A stretch of DNA of 64,000 nucleotides from Gammaproteobacteria bacterium (lineage in GTDB: Bacteria; Pseudomonadota; Gammaproteobacteria; GCA-002705445; GCA-002716945): positions 13,436 through 77,435 of the forward strand of contig NZZP01000017.1 of assembly GCA_002698665.1 (NCBI GenBank), given 5' to 3'. Of the stretch, positions 52,634-62,715 are shown one piece after another (position 1 is the stretch's first letter; each line of letters starts with the position of its first letter). The notes under the pieces were generated by a model. The model did not search any database and was not told where the DNA came from. It saw only the letters and a program-made list of their open reading frames with translations. The position numbers and the translations under genes are program-made.

Positions 52634-53245
52634 TCAATTCAATCTTTCTTTTTCAACTAATAATTGTACCACATCATATAACTCATCATATGATGCAACA
52701 TATGAGCCACTAGTTTTATATTTACCATTAATTATTAATGTTGGGACAGATGTAATTTGATACTTATTAGCTAAGCGTGATGCCTTCTTTACTCTTATTT
52801 CAGTACCAAAAGAGTTATAAATCTTTGTAAATTTTTCGGAGTTATAACCTTCATTTTCAACAAATTCTTCAAGTTTTTCAAGCGTATCTAGTCTGTTAGA
52901 ATTTAAATGAATCTCGCTAAAGACCTTAGTATGTAGATTATCATCAAGTTTCATCTGCTGTAATGCATAATAAGCTTTTGCATGTGGTTCCCAAGTATCT
53001 CTTAATGCAACCGGAACCTTGATCACTATAGTATCTTTTTGTAAATTCGCTTCTATTTCATCCATGGTAGGCTCTAAGTTATAACAATGCGGACACCCAT
53101 ACCAAAAAAACTCATAAATTACAATTTTATCACTCTCGGTTTGCTTTTGATTTGATATTTGAACATATTTTTGTGATGAATCTGCAAAACTCAAAATTGA
53201 AAAGCCTATAGATACAAACAGAAAAAATGTAAATAAATTTCTCAT
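52634..53245 (-). CDS. dsbA: Thiol:disulfide interchange protein DsbA
   Basis: Signal peptide and the CPHC active site (FFWYGCPHCYNLEP). Confidence 0.9.
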   Translation of the reverse strand: MRNLFTFFLFVSIGFSILSFADSSQKYVQISNQKQTESDKIVIYEFFWYGCPHCYNLEPTMDEIEANLQKDTIVIKVPVALRDTWEPHAKAYYALQQMKLDDNLHTKVFSEIHLNSNRLDTLEKLEEFVENEGYNSEKFTKIYNSFGTEIRVKKASRLANKYQITSVPTLIINGKYKTSGSYVASYDELYDVVQLLVEKERLN

Positions 53246-53859
53246 TAATAAAGCCCTTGTATATATTGTGCAACTGCTTTCATTTCCTCATCAGTCATTC
53301 TATGCACAATATTTCTCATCATTTTATTAGGGTCATTTGCTCTTTCATCATTTTGAAATTTTTTAAGTTGTGAGAAGATATAATCTGCATGTTGGCCTGA
53401 TATTACAGGTATTGCTGCTGGATTATTGCCTAATCCACTAGGACCATGACATGCAATACATGCTTGTATTTTATATTCCATATTTCCGCCTCTATAAATA
53501 CTTTGCCCGAGCGCTAAATATTTATCATCTGTGACTCCAATAGACTTTTTCAATGATTGATAATAAGCAGAAAGATCCGATATATCTTCATCTGTAAGAG
53601 TTAGTGCAATGCCATACATGACAGCATTATTTCTATTTCCATCTGCACCTTTTTTAAATTCATATAATTGCTTTGCAGTGTACTTTGCATGCTGCCCAGC
53701 AAGTTTAGGCCATATTGGACTTACGCTAATGCCTTCGTTACCATGGCATGCCACACAAGCTAGACTTTTTTCCTTTCCTCTATCAACATCGCCAGCATAT
53801 AAATTAAGGGAAATAAAAAAGAGAGATAATATAACAAATTTCATGGATTTTTTATTCAT
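53245..53859 (-). CDS. Diheme cytochrome c4
   Basis: Signal peptide and two CxxCH sites (CVACH, CIACH), each followed by a Met ligand region. cc4-dsbA order as in Pseudomonas. Confidence 0.9.
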   Translation of the reverse strand: MNKKSMKFVILSLFFISLNLYAGDVDRGKEKSLACVACHGNEGISVSPIWPKLAGQHAKYTAKQLYEFKKGADGNRNNAVMYGIALTLTDEDISDLSAYYQSLKKSIGVTDDKYLALGQSIYRGGNMEYKIQACIACHGPSGLGNNPAAIPVISGQHADYIFSQLKKFQNDERANDPNKMMRNIVHRMTDEEMKAVAQYIQGLY

Positions 53860-53915
53860 AACTCAAAAAAACATTATATAGCAAAGCACATATACTTCAA
53901 TCTATCTATTAATTT

Positions 53916-56600
53916 TTAGTGGGCTTTCTCCCAATTATCTCCTGTTCCAATATCAACAATTAAAGGAACTTTTATTTTCATACTATTAGACATAAATGAA
54001 ATAATTTGTTTTTTGGCCTCATCTAAGAAATCATCTTTTACCTCAAAGACTAGTTCGTCATGAACTTGCATAATAATTTTTAAAGGTAATTGTTTCTCAA
54101 CTATCCAGTTGTGAATATCAATCATCGATATCTTCAGAATATCAGCCGCAGTACCTTGTATTGGGGCGTTGATAGCTGTTCTCTCTGCTGCACTTCTTAT
54201 TTGGAAATTATTATGGGTAATATTAGGTACATATATTTTTCTGCCTGATATCGTACTAACAAAACCTTTTTCTTTTGCAGATTTTTTTGTATCATCCATA
54301 AATTCTCTAATGCCAGTATATTTTTCAAAATATTTTTCTATGTATTCTTTCGCGGAGTTGTTATCTATTTTAAGTTGTTTACTCAGGCCATATGATGATA
54401 TTCCGTAAATCAGCCCAAAGTTAATAGCCTTAGCTGACCTCCGTTGTTCTTCAGTCGGCTTTTTATTAAGCGAAAATATTTCTTTAGCAGTTGAAGCATG
54501 TATATCCTCATTATTCAAAAAACCTTCTATCAAAGCCTTATCATTGGAGAGATGCGCCATGACCCTCAATTCAATTTGAGAATAATCTGCTGATAATATT
54601 TGATAACCTTTTTTTGTTATAAATGTCTTTCTAATGTTTTTACCGTCTTGATTTTTTATAGGGATATTTTGAAGATTTGGATTTGATGATGAAAGCCTAC
54701 CAGTAATAGTTACTGTTTGATTATATGAAGTGTGTAAACGTTTTGTTCTTCCATTTACTTGTTCACCTAATCTATCTGTATAGGTATTTTTTAATTTCAT
54801 TAGGTTTCTGAACTGTAATATGAGTTTGGGTAATTCGTGTAATTGAGACAAATCACTCATTACATCTTCATTGGTTGAAGGTTGTCCTTTTGGTGTCTTT
54901 TTTAGAACTGGTAATTTTAAATCGTTATAAAAAATCTCTTGGATTTGTTTTGGTGATCCAATATTGAATGTCTTACCAGCAAGATTATAAACCTCTGCTT
55001 CTATTATCTTAATTCTTTTAGTTAAATCTTTGCTTTGTTTATTAAGTTTTTTAGTATCAATCATAACGCCATTCTGTTCAACCAATGATATTACACTTAT
55101 TAAAGGTATCTCAATATTTTTATAAAGTTTATAAGAAGTTTCATTAGTCAATATTTTTTGTAATAAATAAACATAAAGTTTCAATGTTATATCAGCATCT
55201 TCACAAGAATATTTTGCTGCATCTTTAACCGCTACTTCTGAAAATATTTTTTGTTTAACACCCGATCCGACCACATCCTCATATTTGATACAATCATATG
55301 AAAGATGCTTGTTGGCAAGAGAATTTAAGTCGTGTTTTCCTGATGAATTGATTACATATGACAAAAGCATTGTATCTTCAAGCATACAGTTAAAATTAAT
55401 ATTATATTTAGCAAGTACATTAATATCATATTTGATATTTTGACCTATCACTGTAAGTGTCTTATTTTCGAATAGTTTTTTTAGTTCTAAATATAAATAA
55501 TCTTTATCGAAATTAATATTTCCATTTTTATCGCAATGATCAATAGGAATATAATAAGCTTCTGATTCATCTGCGGAGAAAGACATGCCAATTAATTCTG
55601 CAGAAATCGGATCAATGGAACTTGTTTCAGTATCAAATGAAAATATCTTTTTCTTCAGTAATTTCTTGAGTAAACTATCAAATTCTACTTGGGTACTTAT
55701 AATTTTATAATTTACCTCCTTATTGAGAGTTTTCTTTGTTGATTGAATTTGGTAATTATCTGCAATATTTTTCAATTCATATTTTTCTACAATTTCTGCA
55801 AGTAATTTTTCATCTCGATCTAATATTACATAATTGTCTATATCTAGATTAATATTCACGTCTGTTTTTAACTTTACTAATTTTTTTGCCAAAGCAATAC
55901 CTTTTCTTGAACTATCTAGGTTTTCCCTGACTTTTCCAGATATGTTATCAAGATTATTTAATATAGAGTCTATGTCGCCATACTGTTTAATCAAAGCAGA
56001 TGCTTTTTTTGGTCCAATTAAATCTACACCGGCAATATTGTCAGATGTATCACCAACCAATGCAAGGTAATCAACTATTTTGTCTGGGCTAACACCAAAT
56101 TTTTCTTCTACACCTTTTATGTCTAGTATTTTATTGTTCATGCTATTAACCAGGATTACTTTATCGTTAACTAGCTGAGCTAAATCTTTATCTCCAGATG
56201 ATATAATAATTTGAATATTCTTATAATTTTGAATAGTCAAAGTAGCGATAACATCATCTGCCTCTACATCAGGAACCTGTAGAATTTTAATTCCTAAGCT
56301 TGTAATAAACTTCATTATAGGGTCTACCTGTTGTGAGAGTTCTTCGGGCATAGATGATCTATTCGATTTATAGTCTGAGGATATATGATGTCTAAAATTT
56401 TTACCTCTTGCGTCAAAAATCATACATAAATAATCGGGGTTATATTCATTTAGCAGTCTGTAAACCATATTACATACACCAAATAACGCACCTGTATGTT
56501 CGTCTTTACTATTTTTTAGATGAGGCATAGCATAAAATGCTCTATATAGATATGAAGAACCATCTATTAAAACAAATTTTTTTGAATTTTTATCAACCAA
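53916..56600 (-). CDS. polA: DNA polymerase I (full length, with 5' nuclease, 3'-5' exo and polymerase domains)
   Basis: 894 aa. N-terminal 5'-nuclease motifs, and polymerase motifs A and B (RRSAKAINFGLIYG, VHDELVFE). Confidence 0.97.
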   Translation of the reverse strand: MVDKNSKKFVLIDGSSYLYRAFYAMPHLKNSKDEHTGALFGVCNMVYRLLNEYNPDYLCMIFDARGKNFRHHISSDYKSNRSSMPEELSQQVDPIMKFITSLGIKILQVPDVEADDVIATLTIQNYKNIQIIISSGDKDLAQLVNDKVILVNSMNNKILDIKGVEEKFGVSPDKIVDYLALVGDTSDNIAGVDLIGPKKASALIKQYGDIDSILNNLDNISGKVRENLDSSRKGIALAKKLVKLKTDVNINLDIDNYVILDRDEKLLAEIVEKYELKNIADNYQIQSTKKTLNKEVNYKIISTQVEFDSLLKKLLKKKIFSFDTETSSIDPISAELIGMSFSADESEAYYIPIDHCDKNGNINFDKDYLYLELKKLFENKTLTVIGQNIKYDINVLAKYNINFNCMLEDTMLLSYVINSSGKHDLNSLANKHLSYDCIKYEDVVGSGVKQKIFSEVAVKDAAKYSCEDADITLKLYVYLLQKILTNETSYKLYKNIEIPLISVISLVEQNGVMIDTKKLNKQSKDLTKRIKIIEAEVYNLAGKTFNIGSPKQIQEIFYNDLKLPVLKKTPKGQPSTNEDVMSDLSQLHELPKLILQFRNLMKLKNTYTDRLGEQVNGRTKRLHTSYNQTVTITGRLSSSNPNLQNIPIKNQDGKNIRKTFITKKGYQILSADYSQIELRVMAHLSNDKALIEGFLNNEDIHASTAKEIFSLNKKPTEEQRRSAKAINFGLIYGISSYGLSKQLKIDNNSAKEYIEKYFEKYTGIREFMDDTKKSAKEKGFVSTISGRKIYVPNITHNNFQIRSAAERTAINAPIQGTAADILKISMIDIHNWIVEKQLPLKIIMQVHDELVFEVKDDFLDEAKKQIISFMSNSMKIKVPLIVDIGTGDNWEKAH

Positions 56601-56664
56601 AATGTCCCAACCTATGTTAAGTTTATTTCATTCAAAGTTATAACTTAAATATTTTAAAATAGCT

Positions 56665-57603
56665 ATGTCTGTATATACTAAAATAACCAAAGATGAGCTA
56701 AACAATCATCTAAAAAAGTACTCATTGGGGGTAGCAGAGAGTATTGAGGGTATCCCAGACGGTATCGAAAATACTAATTACGTTCTAAAAACTGATAAAA
56801 ATGAATATATTTTTACAATATTTGAGAATCTCAAGGATAAAGAAGTAAAGCAATATTTGAGATTTATGAACCATTTATGCAATAAAGGCTTATCGTGCCC
56901 AAGAGTTATGGAGTCTAAAGCAAAAAATGTCTGTGTCATCATAAACGGCAAACCATCGGCAATCATAGAAAAACTCAAGGGTGCATCAATTATTAACATT
57001 AATGGTAATCACTGTAATCAAATCGGAAACTTGTTAGGAGATTTTCATTTATATGGACTAGATTTTGACGAAAACCTACCTAATACCAGAGATATTAAAT
57101 GGTCTGAAATTTCTTATAAACGTTTAAAAAAAATTATTACTGATAGGCAAAATAAAATTATCAAACATGCACTAATTATGTTAAAAGATTTAAGCGAACA
57201 AAATCTTGAAGTTGGCACGATTCATGCCGACTTATTTAGAGATAATGTGCTATTTTATGAGGACAAAGTTTCTGGTATGATTGATTTTTACTACTCATGC
57301 AAAGGTTTTTTAATATATGATTTAGCAGTAGTAATAAATGATTGGTGTACTGATTCGACAGGATCGATAATTACTTCTAAATATAAAAAAATTATAACTT
57401 CTTATTCTAAAAAAAGAAGTTTTGTAGGAAATGAATATATTTTTTGGCAACATGCTCTTATAGCAGCAGCTTTAAGGTTTTACTTATCAAGACTAATAGA
57501 TTTACACTTTCCCAAGGTTGGTGAGATGACACATATCAAAGACCCTAATGTTTTTGAAAAAATATTAGAGGATAGAATAGACAATAAATATGACCTTATA
57601 TGA
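56665..57603 (+). CDS. thrB: Homoserine kinase, non-canonical type (aminoglycoside phosphotransferase-like; Pseudomonas thrB type)
   Basis: APH-fold protein with HADLFRDNVLF and a catalytic D. Divergent from polA, as I recall for Pseudomonas thrB. Confidence 0.7.
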   Translation: MSVYTKITKDELNNHLKKYSLGVAESIEGIPDGIENTNYVLKTDKNEYIFTIFENLKDKEVKQYLRFMNHLCNKGLSCPRVMESKAKNVCVIINGKPSAIIEKLKGASIININGNHCNQIGNLLGDFHLYGLDFDENLPNTRDIKWSEISYKRLKKIITDRQNKIIKHALIMLKDLSEQNLEVGTIHADLFRDNVLFYEDKVSGMIDFYYSCKGFLIYDLAVVINDWCTDSTGSIITSKYKKIITSYSKKRSFVGNEYIFWQHALIAAALRFYLSRLIDLHFPKVGEMTHIKDPNVFEKILEDRIDNKYDLI

Positions 57604-58085
57604 AGAAAATATCCATATTCATCGATCGAATAACTGAAACAATTAGTAACTTACTTGTTATTGCATTACTTTCTATGATACTCATCGCATGTATATCAAT
57701 AATACTTAGATTTTTATTCAATATAAGTTTTGTTTCAATACAAGAACTTATAATGTATTTACATGCTTCTATATTTATGCTTGGTATTAGCTATGCTCTG
57801 AAAGAAAATTCTCATGTCAAAATTGACGTATTACTAAATACATTCAATGACAAAATAAAAAAATTAATTGGTGTGTTTGGTATGATTGTATTCTTGATAC
57901 CTACATCTTTATTTATAGTATATATAAGTTCAGAAATGGTTATTAAATCATGGCAAATTTTTGAAGGTTCAAGTGAAGCGGGAGGTATGAACTTAGTCTA
58001 TATATTAAAGACTCTTATACCTATAATGGCAATACTCATGTTATTGCAATCACTTTCTATTCTAATCAAGAAAATAGGTAAGTAG
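57600..58085 (+). CDS. dctQ: TRAP transporter small permease (DctQ family)
   Basis: 161 aa with four TM helices, immediately upstream of dctM. Confidence 0.8.
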   Translation: MKKISIFIDRITETISNLLVIALLSMILIACISIILRFLFNISFVSIQELIMYLHASIFMLGISYALKENSHVKIDVLLNTFNDKIKKLIGVFGMIVFLIPTSLFIVYISSEMVIKSWQIFEGSSEAGGMNLVYILKTLIPIMAILMLLQSLSILIKKIGK

Positions 58086-58088
58086 ACT

Positions 58089-59453
58089 ATGACAATAGAA
58101 TTTATTGCTATTTTATTTGTTATTTTTACATTTCTTTTTTTACTATCAGGTATACCCGTGGCAATTGTTTTAACAGGTAACTCATTACTGTTTGCATCTA
58201 TAGGAATAGTTTTTGACTTTTTTGATTATTCATACCTCATTGCCATACCTAATAGAATCTTTGGTATCATGACTAATCAAAATTTATTGGCGGTACCTCT
58301 ATTCATATTCATGGGCTTAATGTTTGAAAAATCGAAGATTGCAGATGAGCTATTAACGGCTATGAATAGTTTATATAGCAGTACCAAAGGAGGATTAGCT
58401 ATATCAGTGATTATAGTTGGTGTTCTTATGGGTGCTAGCACAGGAATAGTGGGAGCAAGTGTAGTAACACTAGGTCTTTTGTCATTACCTGTAATGATGA
58501 AAAACAATTACCCTCCTAGATTATCTTGTGGGGTTATTTGTGCTTCTGGAACTCTTGGACAAATTATTCCACCTTCGTTAGTTCTTATATTATTAGCTGA
58601 TGTTTTATCATCAGCATACCAGCAAGCTCAACTGAATGCAGGAATCTTTTCACCAGAAAATGTCACAATATCTGATTTATTTGCAGGGGCATTATTGCCC
58701 GGCATCCTACTGCCAATTCTATATATTATATATATTAAGCTGATAAAACCTGCGTCAATTAGTAACAAAAATAATGTATCAAACATGAGTATGAATATAA
58801 ATTTTATATCATCTTTCTTCCCACCAATCATCTTAATCATACTTGTACTTGGATCAATAATATTTGGAATTGCAACCCCATCAGAGGCTGCAGCTTTAGG
58901 CGCTTTAGGAGCATTAATAATTTCATATTTAAAAAATAGATTAAACAAAACTGTTTTAGAGGAATCATCAAAGGAAACAATTAAATTAACCAGTATGGTT
59001 TTCTTTATTTTAATTGGTGCTACTTTTTTTTCTCTTGTATTTAGAGGCCTAGAGGGAGAGTCTCTTATTCATAATCTATTAGTACATGGTCCTGATAATA
59101 GAGAACTAGCTCTGATTATAACATTATTGATAATGTTTTTTCTTGGATTCATCCTAGACTTTATCGAAATTATTTATATCATCATTCCTTTATTTGGACC
59201 TATTTTATTTTCTTTTGGTTTTGATCCTATATGGGTTGGAATTTTAATTGCGATGGTTTTACAAACATCATTTCTAACACCACCATTTGGTTTTTCTTTA
59301 TTTTATCTTAGAGGAGTAGCTCCCAAAAATATATCGACATATGATATATATATGGGCGTAATTCCTTTTGTTTTGATTCAGCTCTTTGTTATAGGAATAA
59401 TTTATTTTTTCCCAACACTTGCAACAATAATACCAGACTTGATTATGATGTAA
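58089..59453 (+). CDS. dctM: TRAP transporter large permease (DctM family)
   Basis: 454-aa polytopic protein with DctM topology. Confidence 0.9.
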   Translation: MTIEFIAILFVIFTFLFLLSGIPVAIVLTGNSLLFASIGIVFDFFDYSYLIAIPNRIFGIMTNQNLLAVPLFIFMGLMFEKSKIADELLTAMNSLYSSTKGGLAISVIIVGVLMGASTGIVGASVVTLGLLSLPVMMKNNYPPRLSCGVICASGTLGQIIPPSLVLILLADVLSSAYQQAQLNAGIFSPENVTISDLFAGALLPGILLPILYIIYIKLIKPASISNKNNVSNMSMNINFISSFFPPIILIILVLGSIIFGIATPSEAAALGALGALIISYLKNRLNKTVLEESSKETIKLTSMVFFILIGATFFSLVFRGLEGESLIHNLLVHGPDNRELALIITLLIMFFLGFILDFIEIIYIIIPLFGPILFSFGFDPIWVGILIAMVLQTSFLTPPFGFSLFYLRGVAPKNISTYDIYMGVIPFVLIQLFVIGIIYFFPTLATIIPDLIMM

Positions 59454-60551
59454 TTACCTCGTTTTAATATAGGCTGCATCTGATATGTTTGTCCAATCAG
59501 AAACATCATTCTTGAATTTGATATATGAAGTATAGATTTCTTTTGTAATTTCATCTGTAGTACTTATTTCTTTTAAGATATCATTTGAAATTATTTCAAG
59601 TTTATTCAACACATCTTCTGGAAATTTAATAATCTCTATATTTTCTGACTCAAAGAATTTTAGTGCTAAATTATTCTTTGCAGTATAATCAGATAACATA
59701 TCAATATTAATTGCTTTGCATGATATATCAATAATTAACTTAAGATCATCTGGCAAAGATTCATAAGCCTGTTTATTAATTATACATTCAATTGATGGGC
59801 CTGGCTCATGCCACCCAGGGTAATAATAATACTTGGCAACTTTATGTAACCCAAATGCTCTGTCATTATATGGTCCAACCCATTCTGTAGCATCAATAAC
59901 TCCAGTTTGTAACGCTGTAAAAATTTCTGAACCTGCAAGCGTAACTGGAACACCTCCAGCACGTGATAGCACGTCTCCACCTAATCCAGGTATTCTCATT
60001 TTAAGGCCTTGTAAATCAGAAACTTTATTGATTTTCTTATTAAACCAGCCACCCATTTGTACCCCAGTATTACCAGCTGGTCTTGGAATGAGGTTAAAAG
60101 AATTATAAAGTTTTTCCCATAACTCAATCCCTTGGCCATAGTATAACCATGCATTCATCTCTTGTGCATTGAGGCCGAAGGGTACAGATGAAAAGAACTG
60201 GCATGCCTGACTTTTACCTTTCCAGTAATAAGCACCAGAATGACCTATTTCGGCACCTCCATTTGAAACAAAGTCAAAAACTTCAAGCGGAGGTACGAGT
60301 TCATTTGCTCCAAAAACTTTTACCATAATCCTGTTGTTTGATAAATTAGTTATTAAATTAGCTAAGTTTTCAGCCCCAGTCCCAAGCCCAGGGAAATTCT
60401 TAGGCCATGAGGTAACCATTTTCCATTTATACTCATTCTTGGTGTTGGATGATACATTCTTTGAAATCAATGGTGTTGTTAAAGCCAATGATCCACCTAG
60501 AGTCTTTAAAAAATTTCTTCTTTTCATTTTATAAAAAATCCAATTGTGCAT
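59454..60551 (-). CDS. dctP: TRAP transporter solute-binding protein (DctP family) with a twin-arginine (Tat) signal. The likely start is Met9 at 60527.
   Basis: KRRNFLKTLGGSLALT Tat motif and a DctP-family fold. Encoded convergently to dctQM and directly downstream of uvrD. Confidence 0.8.
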   Translation of the reverse strand: MHNWIFYKMKRRNFLKTLGGSLALTTPLISKNVSSNTKNEYKWKMVTSWPKNFPGLGTGAENLANLITNLSNNRIMVKVFGANELVPPLEVFDFVSNGGAEIGHSGAYYWKGKSQACQFFSSVPFGLNAQEMNAWLYYGQGIELWEKLYNSFNLIPRPAGNTGVQMGGWFNKKINKVSDLQGLKMRIPGLGGDVLSRAGGVPVTLAGSEIFTALQTGVIDATEWVGPYNDRAFGLHKVAKYYYYPGWHEPGPSIECIINKQAYESLPDDLKLIIDISCKAINIDMLSDYTAKNNLALKFFESENIEIIKFPEDVLNKLEIISNDILKEISTTDEITKEIYTSYIKFKNDVSDWTNISDAAYIKTR

Positions 60552-62715
60552 ATGACAATACTAACCACTTTTTGCCATAGTGTTCAAAATTGATGTGTAA
60601 TTTAAGGTCTTCTTTTTTTCCAGTATAACTAAGTATAACGCCATTACCAAATTTCATATGATTCACTTTTTGTCCTACTCTAAAATAATTACTATTATCT
60701 TCTTGGCTGAAATTATCAAAGCTACCTTCTTGATTAAATTCATTAAAATCGTGATTTAAGTTATTAGATTTGACATTCTCTCTATACTTCCTTGATATCT
60801 TAATTGGCTCTATTAAGCCATCTTCGACTTCACTTATGAATCTTGATGGTATTAGAAAGTTATTGCTACCATGCATATATCTAGCATTAGCATGAGTTAT
60901 ATACAGTGTTTTCATTGCCCTTGTAATTGCAACGTAGCAAAGCCGTCTTTCCTCTTCTAAAAAATCCTTATTAATATTTCTATTCTCATTCGGAAAAATA
61001 CCTTCATCCATACCAGTAAGAAAAACCACAGGAAATTCAAGACCCTTTGCAGAATGAATTGTCATTAGTTGTACAGGGTCTTCATGAGCTTTAGACTGAT
61101 ACTCACCCGCTTCTAAGGCAGCATTAGCTAAAAATTCCACAACTATGTCCTCGCTATCAATATTATTTTGATAAAATCTTTCAGCAGTAGATAGTAATTC
61201 TTCCAAATTTTCTTGTTTAGATAATGCCTCTTCATTTTTCTTCGAGTCAAAATGTTTGCTCAATGAAGAATATTCTATAATATTACCAATTATTTTTTTT
61301 AGATTATGCTTTGTCAAGTCCTGGTATATACTATTAATTATTTTTTTATATTCATTAATGGAGTTTATTATGCGAGTAGAACCTAGTCCAATCGCATCTA
61401 AATCATGTATTGCTTCCCATAGTGTAATCTTATTTTTTTTAGAATATTCCCTTATCGCATGAATAGTTTTTTCACCTAACCCTCTTGGTGGATTATTTAT
61501 TGTTCGTTCAAAGGCAGCATCATCAGAATTATTAACAGCCATGCGAAGGTAAGCAATAACATCTTTAATTTCAGATCTCTCAAAAAATCTGAATCCTCCA
61601 TATATCTTATAGGGTACGCTTCTAGCATTTAACTCTTCCTCAAGCCTCCTTGATAAAAAATTAGAACGGTACAATAATGCAATATCAGATCTTTTTAGAC
61701 CACCATCTATTAATTCTTGTATTTTATCGACTATAAATATTGACTCATCATCTCCACTATAAGCTTCATACAAATAAACAGGGTCACCCTTTTCTGTATC
61801 TGTCCATAGATTTTTCCCTAGTCTTTCTTTGTTATTTGATATTAGACTATTTGCTACAGATAATATCTTGTTAGTAGACCTATAGTTCCTCTCTAGTTTA
61901 AATATTTCTACATCTAAAAACTCATCTTTAAATGATTGGATATTTCTACTTCTAGCTCCTCTCCATCCATAAATAGATTGATCATCATCACCGACTGCAT
62001 AAAGTGATCCGCTAGAGCCATTTATTAGTTTAAGAAATTTGAATTGCAGTGTATTTGTATCTTGGAATTCATCTACCATTATATTTCTAAATCTATTTCT
62101 ATAATAATTCAATACATTTTCATTAGTTAACAACATTTCATAAGATAGAAGTATCAAATCTGCAAAATCTACTGAATTAGTTTGCCTACAAGCCAAGTCA
62201 TAATCTCTAAAGATATCTCTGTACTTATCGTCATCATTATCGGAACTATCATATCGGAGTCCCTTATCTTTTTGTGAATTAATAAAATTTTGCAGATGCT
62301 TTGAGTCATATAAGTTTTCGTCTAGATTTTTTGACTTTATTATTCTCCTGATCATTCTTAGCTGGTCTTGTGAATCAAGTATCGTAAAATATTCTGAAAT
62401 ACCAGCTTCATTCCAATGTATTTTCAATAACCTTCGACAGATACCATGAAATGTACCAAACCATAAACCATAGGAAGATATTTTTAAGATTTTTTCTAGT
62501 CTTTGTTTCATTTCAGCGGAAGCTTTATTTGTAAATGTAAGCGCAAGTATGTTACTTGGTTTTACATCATACGAGTCAATTAGTTTTGCAACACGGCAAG
62601 TAAGCACTCTTGTTTTACCACTACCAGCTCCTGCGAGAATTAATTTATTACCAAGGTTACAGTTTACAGCAGCTAACTGCTGTTCATTAAGATTATTTAG
62701 GAGATTATTTTCCAT
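60529..62715 (-). CDS. uvrD: ATP-dependent DNA helicase UvrD (helicase II); Rep not excluded
   Basis: UvrD/Rep motifs (LAGAGSGKTRVLT; DEFQDTN; C-terminal region). The 728-aa length favours UvrD. Confidence 0.75.
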   Translation of the reverse strand: MENNLLNNLNEQQLAAVNCNLGNKLILAGAGSGKTRVLTCRVAKLIDSYDVKPSNILALTFTNKASAEMKQRLEKILKISSYGLWFGTFHGICRRLLKIHWNEAGISEYFTILDSQDQLRMIRRIIKSKNLDENLYDSKHLQNFINSQKDKGLRYDSSDNDDDKYRDIFRDYDLACRQTNSVDFADLILLSYEMLLTNENVLNYYRNRFRNIMVDEFQDTNTLQFKFLKLINGSSGSLYAVGDDDQSIYGWRGARSRNIQSFKDEFLDVEIFKLERNYRSTNKILSVANSLISNNKERLGKNLWTDTEKGDPVYLYEAYSGDDESIFIVDKIQELIDGGLKRSDIALLYRSNFLSRRLEEELNARSVPYKIYGGFRFFERSEIKDVIAYLRMAVNNSDDAAFERTINNPPRGLGEKTIHAIREYSKKNKITLWEAIHDLDAIGLGSTRIINSINEYKKIINSIYQDLTKHNLKKIIGNIIEYSSLSKHFDSKKNEEALSKQENLEELLSTAERFYQNNIDSEDIVVEFLANAALEAGEYQSKAHEDPVQLMTIHSAKGLEFPVVFLTGMDEGIFPNENRNINKDFLEEERRLCYVAITRAMKTLYITHANARYMHGSNNFLIPSRFISEVEDGLIEPIKISRKYRENVKSNNLNHDFNEFNQEGSFDNFSQEDNSNYFRVGQKVNHMKFGNGVILSYTGKKEDLKLHINFEHYGKKWLVLSYAQLDFL

